Origin: Octopus bimaculoides
Lineage: Eukaryota
DNA: 49,492 nucleotides
Direction: 5' to 3'
NCBI RefSeq assembly: GCF_001194135.2
Contig: NC_068983.1
Coordinates: 122,219,607 to 122,269,098, forward strand
Below, piece after piece: positions 34,401-47,774 of the stretch. Numbering within the stretch: the first letter of the stretch is position 1; every line of letters starts with the position of its first letter. Made by a program: the position numbers and the translations under genes. The notes under the pieces were generated by a model that saw only the letters and a list, made by a program, of their open reading frames with translations, was not told the DNA's origin and searched no databases.

Positions 34401-34870
34401 GATGCATTTAATTTATGGGAGTTTGTTGGGGTCTAATGTCTCAAACGCTCTGATACCCGCCAGAATGCAAGAGGATTAATAGTTCAACTAATGACTTTTC
34501 AAATCATGTAAAACTTATATACTAAGAAAATATTTTAACTATTTTTTTGTTTTTTATGTGTGCATGGTAGTCTCATTTTCATAAAATGTGCTCAGCAGTC
34601 CATGCTATGTAAGTGCAAATCCTAGCGTTTATGGGTTAAACATTGTATAAGGTAAATGTCACATTCACTTGGTGAGTTTACATGCGCAAGGATGAATAAT
34701 GATGTTGTCTTCGGTGACGTCGGTGGTGATGAATTTCATTGTCCTAATGTAGAGAAAGCAAGCAATAGCTTCCTGGAGGCAAAGGCAAGCTAGACTTCTT
34801 AAGCGGAGAAAAACTGATCTATTTAAGGAAATTGCTGGGCTCCATTGTGAAAGGTAGAAACTCCAAGCAA

Positions 34871-35202
34871 TGTAAAATATGGCCCGGATCGTGATTACCA
34901 GCATGAACATCAAACTTCAAAAAGTATTTAACCATTTAACGATTTTAATAAATTTATACAGAAAAAGTAAGCATTATACCGTCCAGCATAAATAAAAGTC
35001 AACTTCATTATATTTTTTCTGTAAAGACCTATTAAATGAGTCAACTTCCCGTATGCATGCTTACATTTGCACGTCATTTTTCAACAAAAAAAGATTTCTA
35101 AAATAATTCTGGAAACGATCTACTCATGTAATTTACGCACCCCTTAAAGTTTATTGTTGTTTTGCGAAAAAAATTGCGTAAATTACATGGGTTTTTATGG
35201 TA
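34871..35202. mobile_element. End of a TA-flanked Tc1/pogo-like non-autonomous element; inverted partner of 37728-38050
   Basis: About 330 bp is the reverse complement of 37728-38050 at high similarity by eye; subterminal inverted repeat catgtaatttacgca/tgcgtaaattacatg. Confidence 0.7.
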
Positions 35203-35308
35203 TATTTTTCTCTTTCTTTTCGTTTTAATTTTTATATCTGCAAACCAGATGTGATACCATACTTTTCATACAAGCCCAATGAGTGCCGAGAGTGGTTTTC
35301 CCAAACTC

Positions 35309-35495
35309 ACTTGTTCAGTCATTAGACTGTGGTCATTCTGGGGCACCGCCTTGGAGAATCTTTAGTCAAATGAATCGATCCCAGTACTTATATTTCTTTT
35401 AAGCCTGATACTTATTCCGTTGTTCTCTTTTCCTGACCTACTAAGTAAACTGGTTGTCAAATGGGGGTCAGACAGACACACACAAACACACACAC
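35309..35495 (-). mobile_element. 3' half of a diverged family-A SINE
   Basis: cagtcattagactgtggtcattctggggcaccgcc matches the reverse complement of the SINE tail. Confidence 0.75.
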
Positions 35496-36574
35496 AATGG
35501 GCAAGAGAAACTTCCCGGATAAAATAGCAGTAATAACACTCTGACCTGACATGTTGCTTCTCTCCAGGAGTGCAAAAACAACATGGAGATTATGCCAGAG
35601 AAATTATTAAGAATTCAGAGGTGCAAAATGATGGCACTTAAAATCAATCATGCCACAAATGTAAACCCTGGTAGAGTGCAAGCAACTGCCCCTCAAGGGT
35701 TGTTACTTGGTATCCTGAAATTGCACATTTCTTATTGTGAGTTAACGGTGATGCATTAAGAGGTGTGTCATGGTTAGCACAAATGTTGGTTCTACTGATA
35801 GAATCAGGAGTGTTACCATTACTGTTGTATTTATGAGGATTAGATGACCAACTTATTGCCATTTCAATGAACTTCCCATTTCTTATTGGAAGAGGGCTAC
35901 ATTAGAGTTCAAAGAAAATACTGTTTTAGTTCACTGTACTGATGAAATTTTGTTTTTGATATGTTGACTGTGTTTCAGATAGGGTACAATGTAATATTTG
36001 CTAACAAAATGAGTAACTAATATATTTACTAATGTAATGTATATGTGGAAATTTGCTTATCTGTATGGGTGGGTTAGAAATATTGGTCGATGTTTATTTT
36101 CTTGAGTGGACAGAGATACAAATATCAGTCATATATATAATGGTAAGTGGATCATGGTAAATATACCAGTGTGTTGAGTATATTTACTGGGCTATAGTTT
36201 AAGTGATTTAAAGCTGATTTTAGAAATTTGATTTGAAAATGGAAGATCATGTTCGTGCTAGATTACAGCAGATGATTGCCATACTAATGAGAAATCTTTT
36301 CTTTCTGATAAACAGGTTTTACTTTGCTCATTACAATATTTTTGCATGAAATTATTTTCATGACATGAATTGAGTATTGAATAAATTAGATTGTGGCTTG
36401 TTTTTCTTCATTGTAAGAGAGTCGGAGTGACTAAGACATAAAATGGAATCATGTTATATATTAAGTAAAAAGTGCTGTTGTTTTTGCTCACTATGTTATT
36501 TGGGTTTTGCAGTACCCCTGTTATTTGGTGACCCCTTGACCCAGCATAAATTTTTATTGCAAGATATAATTTGT

Positions 36575-37438
36575 ACGTATACCCAGTGTAAGCTATGGAT
36601 ACATAAGAGGTGCAGTAATATCAAAAGAAGGCTAACTAGCAAGATAGTTTTTGTATGTGGCAGATGCTTAGGAGCAATGAACACTGAAAATGTGCAGAGA
36701 ACAACTTCTGCCACATTCCAGGGAGAAAAACTAGAAGTAGTTGATAGCTTCCGTTACCTAGGTGACCAAGTCAGTAGCCGGGGAGGGTGCACTGAAAGTG
36801 TAGCTGCTAGAATAAGAATAACCTGGGCAAAGTTCAGATAGCTCTTACCTCTGCTGGTGACAAATGGCCTCTCACTCAGAGTAAAAGGCAGACTGTATGA
36901 CACATGTGTACAAACAGCCATGCTACATGGCAGTGAAACTTGGGCCGTGACTGTTGAGGACATGCATAAGCTCACAAGGAATGAAGCTAGTATGCTCTGA
37001 TGGATGTGTAATGTTAGTGTGCATACTCGACAGAGTCTAAGTACCTTGAGAGAAAAGTTGGACCTAAGAAGCATTAGTTGTGGTGTGCAAGAGAGACAAT
37101 TGCCCTGGTATGGTCATGTGGCGAGAATGGATGAGGATAGCTGTGTGAAAAAGTGCTACACTCTAGTGGTTGAGGGAACCTGTGCAAGAGGAAGACCTGG
37201 GATTAGGTGGTGAAGCATGACCTTCGAACTTTAGGCCTCACCGAGGCAATGACTAGTGACCGAGACCTTTGGAAATATGCTGTGCTTGAGAAGACCCGGC
37301 AAGCCAAGTGATACCATAACTCGTGGCCTATGCCAAGGATGTAACCAGCCCACTTATGCATATCTTTCCTTCATTGGACACTAAACTCTGCTTGCGAAGA
37401 CCTGTTGAGGCAAGTGAAATCGAAATCGAACCAAATTC
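36575..37438 (+). mobile_element. RTE LINE fragment (post-RT region and start of 3' UTR) with in-frame stops
   Basis: FQGEKLEVVDSFRYLGDQV...RIRITWAKFR*, ERQLPWYGHVARM; homologous to 41611-43822. Confidence 0.88.
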
Positions 37439-37727
37439 ATCAAGAAGCACATGATATTCATATTCAACCCTTTTTTAAACTTGCCAAGTAAATACCACCA
37501 AAAATCTTTTTGATACACTACTCATTATTCCTATTACATCAAATTAATGAGTTTATGTAATCCTTTTTCAGGAAACCCTCAAAAATTCTGGACCTAGTTT
37601 TTTTTCTAAACTAACCTGCAGGAACTCAATCTGTACATCAACTTTATTGAGGTATCTCTCTTTCCATGCTAGGAGGCCTAGCAAGATCCGTAGCCTTTTA
37701 CTAAACTAAATGAAATAAAAAATGAAG

Positions 37728-38050
37728 TACTGTAAAAATCCATGTAATTTACACCCTTTTTTTTGCAAAAATAAAAACAAACTTTAGCGGGTGCATAAAT
37801 TACATGAGTAGATCATTTCCAGAGCATTTTAGAAACTTCTTTTGTTGAAAAAAGATGTACAAAACATAAATATTTATATCGGAAGTTGACTCATTTAATG
37901 GGCTTAAATATAATGAAGTTGACTTTTATTTATGCTGGATGGTATAATGCTTACTTTTTCTGTATAAATTTACTAAAACCATTAAATGGTTAACTACTTT
38001 TTGAAGTCTGATGTACATGCTGGTAATCACGGTCTGGGCCATATTTTACA
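37728..38050. mobile_element. Second, inverted copy of the Tc1/pogo-like element end (TA|CTGTAAAAATCC)
   Basis: Reverse complement of 34871-35202. Confidence 0.7.
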
Positions 38051-38559
38051 TATTTTACTCGATTGAGTAAAGTGTTTACAGTTTTTTTTGTTCTCTCTCA
38101 TTTTCATTTTGTATTCTATCTTGAACATGTTCTCTTATCTGTGGTAAATACTCACTGTATTCTCTTTGATTCATGTTCTCTTTTCTGCTGCTCATATACT
38201 TGTTCTAACTCTCTTTCACTATATCTCTCAGTTCAACTAACTTTATAACCATGTAATAACTATTATTTTTGCCCTACTGCTCATCAGTAACACCTCTCTC
38301 ACCCTCATTTTCTCTCGCTCTTCGCTGCTCCCTTCAACTAACCATGTGACAGCGTAACACAGCCTGGGTGTATTAATATATAGATGGTGATGAAGATAAA
38401 CACTTCCTATATTTATCTCTAAGGGTTCACAAAAAATATTGGGTATGGTACAGGAAAATACAATGTGGGGTTACATAGATAGAAGTATGTAAACAGTAGT
38501 AATGATAATGTAAATGAAAAGTTCCCCTGAAGGGGGAGACTTCCTTGGGCTGCTCATAA

Positions 38560-39060
38560 AAACCCCACAAAAACCATGATCACTTTGATCACCAGGGCAA
38601 GTGCTATCTCTACATCATTTTTCTTCAATCTACAAATACAGGCTTAGAGTGTTAAATCATGCTTTGTAGTGAATCGTATGTAGAACTTGCTGTATATATT
38701 TGGTGGGGCTGCCAATATGTCCATAGACTCAATACGGTAAATCTCTTTGCTTCTGCCTTATAAACACAAGTTCTCTTCCCTCCAGTTATGATCAACATTT
38801 ATGGTAAACACTTATGTGCTGAGGATATTGCTGTACTCTGTCTCTAATGCCCCTTCCACTGTGACACCAGAGCTGCCTGGGGTCATCTATTAATGTAGGC
38901 AATGAAACTCCTGCACAACAGCACGAAGTTTGTTGAGCCAGATGTGAATCTGGGCTGGATATTTCTATCCCACTCAATGCTTACTCTTGTACCGCTCATT
39001 CTCTCTCTTGAACCAGATGTAATGGCTTGCTTTCTCAGCAACCTCTGACAATTTTCTGGC
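38560..39060 (-). mobile_element. Ancient RTE/BovB-like remnant
   Basis: Weak peptide resemblance: AGVSLPTLI to AVVLPTLLY, and RIESMDILAA to SIEAML..A. Confidence 0.3.
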
Positions 39061-40208
39061 ATTCTCTTTTCTCTTCTTTGCATGTGCGCTCTCTCTCTCT
39101 CTTACACACACACATTGAGCTTGATTGTTCCCAAATAAATTTAACTAGGGGTGGGGGTGGAGCACAATGAGAAATATTTACTGCATTTTTTATTGAGTGA
39201 AAATAAATTTTTTTACAAATCTTCACTACCTCACAGAAACTATACCAGCTAAGCAAATGACCTTCTCTAAATGCACTAAAAACACTATAACATAATCTGA
39301 ACACTATTTCAGAAAATTATCTCCGTTCTCTTTGAGCACATAATGACAAATTTAGCTGGGGTAAAATAAGACAAGGTAATGTAAATTTGCCTCTTCAATT
39401 CTCCAGAATTACATCTGAGAAAAAAACTCATAAACATCAATATCCATCATTAGACATCAGAAAGATAAATGCTACAAAAATTAAAAATATCTAGATCAAA
39501 TTAGAAAAGGGTCATGGAAAAATGGCACATGACATGAAATTAACAAAAGTCGACTAAATCTAAAGACTCAACATAGGATATTCTCTATAGCTTCTTCATG
39601 ATCTGCTAGAATGATTCACTTTATGATATATCTATGCACCATATAATTAAAAAAAAGAAATTAAAATTAGTCATTACTCATTTTGCCCCACTTTGGATAT
39701 AATTTTCAAAAATTGAAAATTATCAAATTAGACATTGGTGTAGGGAAAATTGACTTGGACTCCATCAGAGGAAAGAATATTGATTATTAGACACCAAAAA
39801 TTATTCAGATATTTTATTAGTAACCTTAATTACAATCCAGTCAAAGTTGAATAATTTCTTGAAAGAGAAAAACAATATGTCACCTGACTATGTTTCAAAC
39901 TCTCTCAACTTCAACAACAAGAACTATGCTGACCAGTTTTTACTCCTTAAGATGATGCAACAATAGAAAATGATGCTGCAATACTTGCAATATAATAGTT
40001 TCAAAGAGCTAGGGAGAAAATAGCAAAATATCAGATATGACTGACTTTACCTCTTTTACCCATTTTACTCTCCCCATCCCCAGACACCAATAGTATTTAA
40101 CCTTAAGTCAACCTTGATCAAATGTGCTCAAGTGGTGACTGTCCCATTATCTTGTATATCTATTTACATTGTCTAGTGAATACTTCTTTTTAAAGATGGC
40201 AGGGTATA

Positions 40209-40902
40209 ATCATCATCATCATCATCATCGTTTAACGTCCGCTTTCCATGCTAGCATGGGTTGGACGATTTGACTGAGGACTGGTGAAACCGGATGGCAA
40301 CACCAGGCTCCAATCTAATTTGGCAGAGTTTCTACAGCTGGATGCCCTTCCTAACGCCAACCACTCAGAGAGTGTAGTGGGTGCTTTTACGTGTCACTCG
40401 CACGAAGGACAGTCAGGCGGTACTGGCAACGGCCACGTTCAAAATGGTGTCTTTTATGTGCCACCCGCACAAGAACCAGTCCAGGGGCACTGGCAACAAT
40501 CTCGCTCGAAAATCCTACGAAGGCCAGTCAGGCGGTACTGGCAACGGCCACGCTCAAAATGGTGCATCTTATGTGCCACCCGCACAAGAGCCAGTCCAGG
40601 GGCACTGGCAACGATCTCACTTGGCTTGCCGGGTTTTCTCACGCACAGCACGTTTCCAAAGGTCTCGATCAGTAGTCATCGCCTCAGTGAGGCCCAATGT
40701 TCGAAGGTCTTGTCTCTCCACCTCAGCCCAGGTCTTCCTGGGCCTACTTCTTCCACGGGTTCCTTCAATTGTTAGGGTGTGGCACTTTTTCATGCAGCTA
40801 TCCTCATCCATTCTCACCACATGTCCATACCAGCGCAATCGTCTCTCTTGCACACCACAACTGATGCTTCTTACGTTCAGCTTTTCTCTCAAGATACTTA
40901 CA
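40209..40902 (-). mobile_element. 5'-truncated RTE LINE with (GAT)n tail and rearranged 3' UTR (115-bp tandem duplication)
   Basis: (ATC)n at 40209-40229; QERRLRWYGHVVRMDEDSCMKK; duplicated unit starting at 40402 and 40517. Confidence 0.9.
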
Positions 40903-40978
40903 TTAAATCTGGCTTTTGTTTCTAGCAGGTTGACAGACTGCTTAGACTTCACCAACATTTAAGTTTGACAACATTAAG

Positions 40979-43900
40979 GAGGGTTGGCCGAAAAGTTCAT
41001 TGGCTGACCAAGATACTCTCAGGGAATATAACCAAATGAGATTTATGTTTCAACATAGTCTCCTTTGCAGTCCATACACTTCTGCCATCAGTGTTGCAGT
41101 GCTTGGATCCTATTGGTGAAGAATCTTTCATCTTGTTGGTCAAAAACACCATCAACAGCTGACATAACATCATTATCACTGCAATACTGGTTCCCAACCA
41201 AGTGTCATTTCATGTTAGGAAATAGATGATTGTCAGATAGAGCCAAATTAGGAAATAGGGAGGATGATCCACCAGTTCAAAGTCAGTAACACACAGCAGC
41301 CATGGAGCACTGTCTCAATGAAACAAGACCCCTTTCATCAGTTCTTCTGGGTGTTTGGTCTGACAGACTTTTGTAACTGCCTCATCAAATTGGCATAGTA
41401 CTCTCCATTAATAGTGTAGCCCTTTTGAAGATACTCAAAAAACATTGCTTTTTGCATCCCCCAAAAACTGAAACCATCACCTTACCTGTAGAGGAAACAA
41501 CCTTCGCCTTCTCTGAAGCAGGTGAGGAGGGGTGTTTCCATTGCATGGATTGTCTCTTTGTCTCTGGCTGAAAGTGATGAACCCAGCACTCATCCTGGGC
41601 TAGGAAATGCTCATCATCATCATCATCATTGTTTAACGTCTGCTTTCCATGCTAGCATGGGTTGGACGATTTGACTGAGGACTGGCAAGCCAGAAGGCTG
41701 CACCAGGCTCCAATCTGATCTGGCAGAGTTTCTACAGCTGGATGCCCTTCCTAACGCCAACCACTCGAAGAGTGTAGTGGATACTTTTATGTGCCACCGG
41801 CATGAGGGCCAGTCACACGGTACTGGCAACAGCCACACTCAGAATGGTGTCTTTTATGTGCCACCTGCATAGGAGCCAGTCCAGCGGCACTGGCAACAAC
41901 CTTGCTCGAATGATTTTCTAACGTGCCAGTAAAGTGACGCTGGTAACGATCATGCTCAAATGGTGCTATTTATGGGCCACTAGCACGGAAGCCAGACAGC
42001 TGCTCTGGCAATGAACACGCTTGGACAGTGCTGTTAGTGCTCCACTGGCACAGGTGCCAGTCATCAAATAGGGTTCAATTACGATTTTGATTTCACTTGC
42101 CCCAAGCAGAGGTTAGTGTCCAATGAAGGAGAGGTTGGCATGGGTGCCAGTTGTTGGATTCAGTTCGATTTTGATTTCAGATTTCAAATTCACTTGCCTC
42201 AATAGGTCTTCGCCAGCAGAGTTTAGTGTCCAATGAAGTAAAGATACGAATAAGTGAGCTGGCTACACTTCTGGCAGAGGTCACAGATTTTGATCTCATT
42301 TGGCTTGCCGGGTCTTGTCATGCACAGCATATTTCCAAAGGTCCCAGTCACTAGTCATTGCCTCAGTGAGGCCTAAAGTTCAAAGGTCGTGCTTCACCAC
42401 CTTATCCCAGGTCTTCCTGGATCTACCTCTTCCACAGGTTCCCTCAACTGCTAGGGTGTGGCACTTTTTCACACAGCTATCCTCATCCATTCTTGCCACA
42501 TGACCATACCAGCACAATTGTCTCTCTTGCACACTACAACTGATGCTTCTTAGGTCCAACTTTTCTCCCAAGGTACTTACACTCTGTCGAGTATGCACAC
42601 TGACATTACACATCCATCGGAGCATACTGGCTTCGTTTCTTGTGAGCTTACTTATGTCCTCAGCAGTCACGGCCCATGTTTCATTGCCATGTAGCATGGC
42701 TGTTTGTAACCATGCGTCATTTAGTCTACCTTTTACTCTGAGCGAGAGGCTCTTTGTCACCAGCAGAGGTAAGAGCTCTCTAAACTTTGCCCAGGCTATT
42801 CTTATTCTAGCAGCTACACTTTCAGCACACCCTCCCCTGCTACAAATTTGGTCACCTAGATAGCAGAAGCTATCAACTACTTCTAGTTTTTCACCCTGGA
42901 GTGTGGCAAAGGTTGTTTTCTGCACATTTTTGGTGTTTATTGCTCCTGAGCATCTGCCACATACAAAAACTATCTTGCTAGTTAGCCTTCCTTTGATATT
43001 GCTATACCTCTTATGTGTCCTTAGCTTACACTGGGTACATCTTATAGAATTTCTACCTATGCCTTTTCTGCAGATCGATCAGGGCCATCTACCTGAAGGG
43101 GTTTGTGTCTTGTCTACCTTCCTACTTATTAGGACTTTGGTTTTAGCTAGGTTGACTCTAAGGCCTTTCGATTCTAGTCCTTGCTTCCACACCTGAAACT
43201 TCTCTAGTTCTGATAGTGACTCAGCAATTAGGGCAAGGTCATCAGCATAGAGGAGCTCCCAGGGGCATCCTGTCTTGAATTCCTGTGTTATTGCTTGGAG
43301 GACTATGATAAATAGGAGGGGGCTGAGGACTGAAGCTTGGTGGACCCCTACCTCTNNNNNNNNNNNNNNNNNNNNNNNNNNNNNNNNNNNNNNNNNNNNN
43401 NNNNNNNNNNNNNNNNNNNNNNNNNNNNNNNNNNNNNNNNNNNNNNNNNNNNNNNNNNNNNNNNNNNNNNNNNNNNNNNNNNNNNNNNNNNNNNNNNNNN
43501 NNNNNNNNNNNNNNNNNNNNNNNNNNNNNNNNNNNNNNNNNNNNNNNNNNNNNNNNNNNNNNNNNNNNNNNNNNNNNNNNNNNATAAGGGAGCGGGGGAC
43601 CCTGTTAAAGGCTTTCTCCATGTCAACAAAAGCCAGGTACAGAGGTTAATCTTTGGCTAGGTATTTCTCCTGCAGCTGTCTTACCAGAAATATAGCATCA
43701 GTGGTGCTTTTCCCTGGCACAAACCCAAACTGCATCTCATCTAAACTGACTCTCTCCCTAATTTGTTGGGCTATGACCCTCTTGGTGACCTTCATTACCT
43801 GGTCCAACAACTTGATACTTCACTCAAGGAAACTAATTGGATCTGCCTCAAACAATGTCACATTCTCCCATGATGTGATTAGCCTGGTGTGCTTTTTGGT

Positions 43901-44433
43901 CAGGTGTCATTAGACGTGGCAGCTACTGACAGAACCTGTCGTCATATCAAATTTATGGTGCAGAATATTCTCAACCCTATAAAAGGATATGATAATAGCA
44001 TTGGCTGTTTGATTTATAGCCAGTCGCCTGTAATCCATCATCATGTTTTCCTCAGTGGTGGCAGTCGCAGGATGTCCAGGTCTTGGGTCATCTTCAAGAC
44101 ATTCCATTCCCCTCCTAAATTTAGCTGCCCACTTGTGCTTTTGTTGAAGCTGGTCTGTCATCCCCTAATGTAGCAACCATATCAGCATGAATGTCTTTCG
44201 GAGTCAAACCCTTATTCTGAAGGTGCTTGATAACAGTATGACACCAAATTTTGTCCATTTTCAAGAGAAGTCACTTCTAGTTACTTTTGAAGTTTGCTTT
44301 GAACAGTCAGATGTGAGTTTACTTGGAAAGAAACAAGGCTGTTATTGATAAGAAGTGTTGAATTTAATGCATACAAGATTTCACAGCTCACGTCTCACTC
44401 TTTCATAGTCGGCCTAGAAACTTTCCACCCTCG
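40979..44433 (-). mobile_element. Mariner transposon (about 1.24 kb, degenerate) split by an RTE insertion; parts are 40979-41610 and 43823-44433
   Basis: MDKIWCHTVIKHLQNKG, KWAAKFRRG..LEDDPRPGHP, FEADPISFLE | HFLAQDECWVHHFQPETKRQSMQW, KVMVSVF, LALSDNHLFPNMK. Imperfect TIRs gagggttggccgaaaagttc and (reverse complement) gagggtggaaagtttc. Confidence 0.88.
41611..43822 (-). mobile_element. RTE LINE, 5'-truncated within RT, with complete 3' UTR and (GAT)n tail
   Basis: QFGFVPGKSTTDAIF, VDMEKAFNRVP, GVHQASVLSPLLF, ELLYADDL, LRWMC, WYGHVARM; (ATC)n at 41611-41628. Confidence 0.93.
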
Positions 44434-46129
44434 TGTTGAAGTTTACTAAAAACCTGTTAAAACAGTTAAGCCTTAAGACTAAGGCGGTAATTTAAGGAAA
44501 TTTACATATGAACTTGTAAAATTAAAGATTTATCACTTTTCACATCACGAATAATACGCTCCCGCGGGTTGTTATGCACTTGTAATTCGCCACTAGTCGA
44601 TTTCCTCCTGTGAATTAAAGAGCTTACCTCATTATCTCTGTAGTAGTAATAGTAGTAGTAGTAGTAGATCAGGCACGTACTCTAAAGCAGCTGTCACTTT
44701 ACAGGAATACGTACAAGTATTTTAAAACTTTAATCGAAGCTGTTTATATTTGTATGTAGAATCACTTTTTCTATTTTTTTCGTTTCTTCTTATCTTTACA
44801 TTTTGCATGTAACTAATTTTTCCTGAAAGTGAATGAGATTTTGTATCGTCTTCAAAAATTTGCTAGAGGAAACATAAAACTGCAAGGAACGTTTTTTCTC
44901 CGGAATATTTATTTCATAAACATCAGAAGTCTGTGCTTGTATAACAGAACTTATTTATCACCAGTTTCGGCTTCGTTTATAAGGTTTGATTATATTTTAT
45001 TATTAGTAATTTGTCAGTTTTCTGTTCCAGGTATATTTTTCAGGAAATCATTTTCGTTTTCACAAATATGTTTGTCCGTCTTTAGCAAGCATTGTGTAGA
45101 CGTAGATCATATCTAGCAGTTTTTATTCTCAATTGCATTGCACACATCACCTTGTTGTTTCGGAGGTCCCATTCTTGTAAATTTATATTTGCAAAATTTG
45201 GATCCAGTTTTGAAAAAAAAAAATTGATAAAGCAAATTTCGTTTTTACATTAAATTGCAAACAGGACTTATAATCTATCGTATGCAATTATTCTTGGGGG
45301 TCGGGGTTGTTATATTGCTGGTATAACTGCAGATTGGTGCCTCACCGAATGTGTTTCCAAATAATTTTTTGAAATATGTATATCTTTAAATGAAATTATC
45401 AGAAATACGTTTTCGAGGGTGTAGATTATGATCATGTTGATGAAATTTACGTAAAAGCGTAGCATCTTTCATTATTCTTTTCAGATTTATGTGTTTGAAA
45501 TATCAAAATTACGTAACCTAGACTCTCAAAATTATATTTCTGCAAAATGTCAGTTCAAAATAGGCGTTTTTAAAGACAGTTATTAGAAAGTATATAGCGC
45601 ATAAAATTATCCAACACTTTTCTTACATATTTGTGAGCCACATTCTCGAAAACCGTCCCTGCAAAATTTCATCAAGAAAATCTGCATTTTTGAGAATGTG
45701 GAAACAAAGTTAGTGGGTAGCGCCTAACTGTAGTTAAGCCTTTTGCTTTTACTGAAAAGTTACTGGTTTCTCTATACCGTTTCGACGTTGTGTATTCGAT
45801 CAATTTATTGAACTGCTAGTGTAAGTAGCGAAACTTGTTTCCTTAATCTACCCTCTATCAAAATCGGAAGGGTACGGCGTGTGACAAGGCTGTCTATTTG
45901 AATTACAACTACTGTCGATCTGATAAGCTTCCACACAATTTCTATCCATCCAATTTTACTCCCAAGATTTGGGTTGACACGAGACCATAGAAGACATTGG
46001 TCTTAGGTACTGTGCAGTTAGATCAAACCCAGGACATCATGCTTGCCATTTATATTTAAATTACTGAATCCACTATTGAATCAAATTTAAATACATGCAT
46101 CAAATGACGAGCTGTTTGTTCGAGACAAA

Positions 46130-46325
46130 TACTCTTTACTCTTTTACTTGTTTCAGTCATTTGACTGCGGCCATGCTGGAGCACCGCCTTTAGTCGAGCA
46201 AATCGACCCCGGGACTTATTCTTTGTAAGCCTAGTACTTATTCTATCGGTCTCTTTTGCCGAACCGATAAGTGACGAGGCTATAAACACACCAGCATCGT
46301 TTGTCAAGCAATGCTAGGGGGACAA

Positions 46326-46356
<31 letters not shown>

Positions 46357-46529
46357 CATACATATATACGACGGGCTTCTTTCAGTTTCCGTCTACCAAA
46401 TCCACTCATAAGGCTTTGGTCGGCCCAAGGCTATAGTAGAAGATATTTGCCCAAGATGCCATGCAGTGGGACTGAACCCGGAACCATGTTGGTAAGCAAG
46501 CTACTTACCACACAGCCACTCCTGCGCCT
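46130..46529 (-). mobile_element. Near full-length family-A tRNA-derived SINE with central (CA)n/(TA)n
   Basis: Head aggcgcaggagtggctgtgtggtaag...ggttcagtccc (A/B-box-like), tail gactgaaacaagtaaaagagtaaagag. Confidence 0.92.
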
Positions 46530-46756
46530 ATATGAATATATTTTTCAAATACATTTGCTATATCTTTATATTTTTCTAAATCTCAATTTAGTGTATAACA
46601 GGTCTCTACTTCAATTTGAACCTGAACTGTTTGTTTTCTGATTGGGAAAATTTTCATAAATGCAAACAAGAATCTTTCAGATTGAGTAATGATGTCAGCA
46701 AAATCTGGTTACGAAATTGTATATTACACACATTCTGAATTTTCAAATGATGATGA

Positions 46757-46910
46757 AAGGCAGCATGAATGATGCCTGTGTATGTACAAGTATGCTACAT
46801 GACAGTGAAATATGGACTGTGACTGAAGAGGACATGCAAAAGCTTGAAGGAAATGAAGTCAGCATGCTCTGCTGGATGGGTAATGTCAATGTGCATATGC
46901 AACTGAGTGT
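46757..46910 (+). mobile_element. Short diverged RTE fragment
   Basis: MLHDSEIWTVTEEDMQKLEGNEVSMLCWM is homologous to MLHGNETWAVTAEDISKLTRNEASMLRWM in the copy at 42380-42925. Confidence 0.75.
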
Positions 46911-47167
46911 TCACCCATGTAAGGTGTTGTTATCTGTTTGGTGGGATATGAAAGGTTTAGTCCACTTTGAACTTTTAAAACCATACCAAACAATAACAAA
47001 GGAGATCTACTGTGAGCAGCTTGAGCGGATTAAGAAGAAAAATGACCATCTTTTGTTTTGAAACAAAAGGTGTTCTTCCATCAAGATAATACTCAGTCAC
47101 ATACAGCAAGGATGACCTTCCAAAGGCTGGAGTAGTTTGAATGGGAAACAATGCCCCACCCACCATA
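46911..47167 (+). mobile_element. Mariner transposase catalytic-domain fragment
   Basis: HPCKVLLSVWWDMKGLVHFELLKPYQTITKEIYCEQL, then FHQDNTQSHTA...WETMPHPP; runs into an N gap. Confidence 0.85.
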
Positions 47168-47774
47168 NNNNNNNNNNNNNNNNNNNNNNNNNNNNNNNNN
47201 NNNNNNNNNNNNNNNNNNNNNNNNNNNNNNNNNNNNNNNNNNNNNNNNNNNNNNNNNNNNNNNNNNNTATATATATATATATATATATATACGATGTATA
47301 ATATAATATATTAGCAAATGCACCTGTCCTTTGGACGTTTTAAGTTGCTTTGGTAGTATTTTTTCACCAAATAATTGAACCACCGAGACGGTTTATGAGT
47401 AACAAGGCAATCTATGTCTCCGATTAACCTAGGAACGGAAAATGAAATTGAAGGCTAGCTATTGTGGAGGTTGTTGCACTTTAATGATCATATAACATAT
47501 GTTTGCAAGTAATGCAAAGTAGAGCCCCTGAACTGTTTTGGGAGTAGATTACAGATAATGACTACAAAATATAGTTGTTTTACATGAAAGCGAAATTTCT
47601 TGTCAGAAACAGCCACCTAAATAGTGTGAGGAAATTGAAGGAAGATGTTCAAACTTCCCCCCTGTGAGTTTAGTCATGTTGCCTTTCATCATGATTAAAA
47701 AATGGCAATATAATACCTACTTGAAAAAGCAGAGTTAAAAGAATGTATTTGCTATGTGTTTACAGTGTACAACC

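Larger units (their letters stand above)
23272..47267. other. Assembly gaps (N runs): 23272-24197, 24783-25185, 25711-26148, 43356-43583, 47168-47267
   Basis: Direct reading. ORFs containing X runs are artefacts of these gaps. Confidence 0.98.

Noticed and set aside
36225-36320. Possible plus-strand exon KFDLKMEDHVRARLQQMIAIL
   Set aside because: Weak splice signals, no recognisable homology and no linked exons.
46717-47061. 114-aa ORF fusing RTE and mariner peptides in frame
   Set aside because: Two short decayed fragments abut; an in-frame join occurs by chance about one time in three, and both parts are incomplete.
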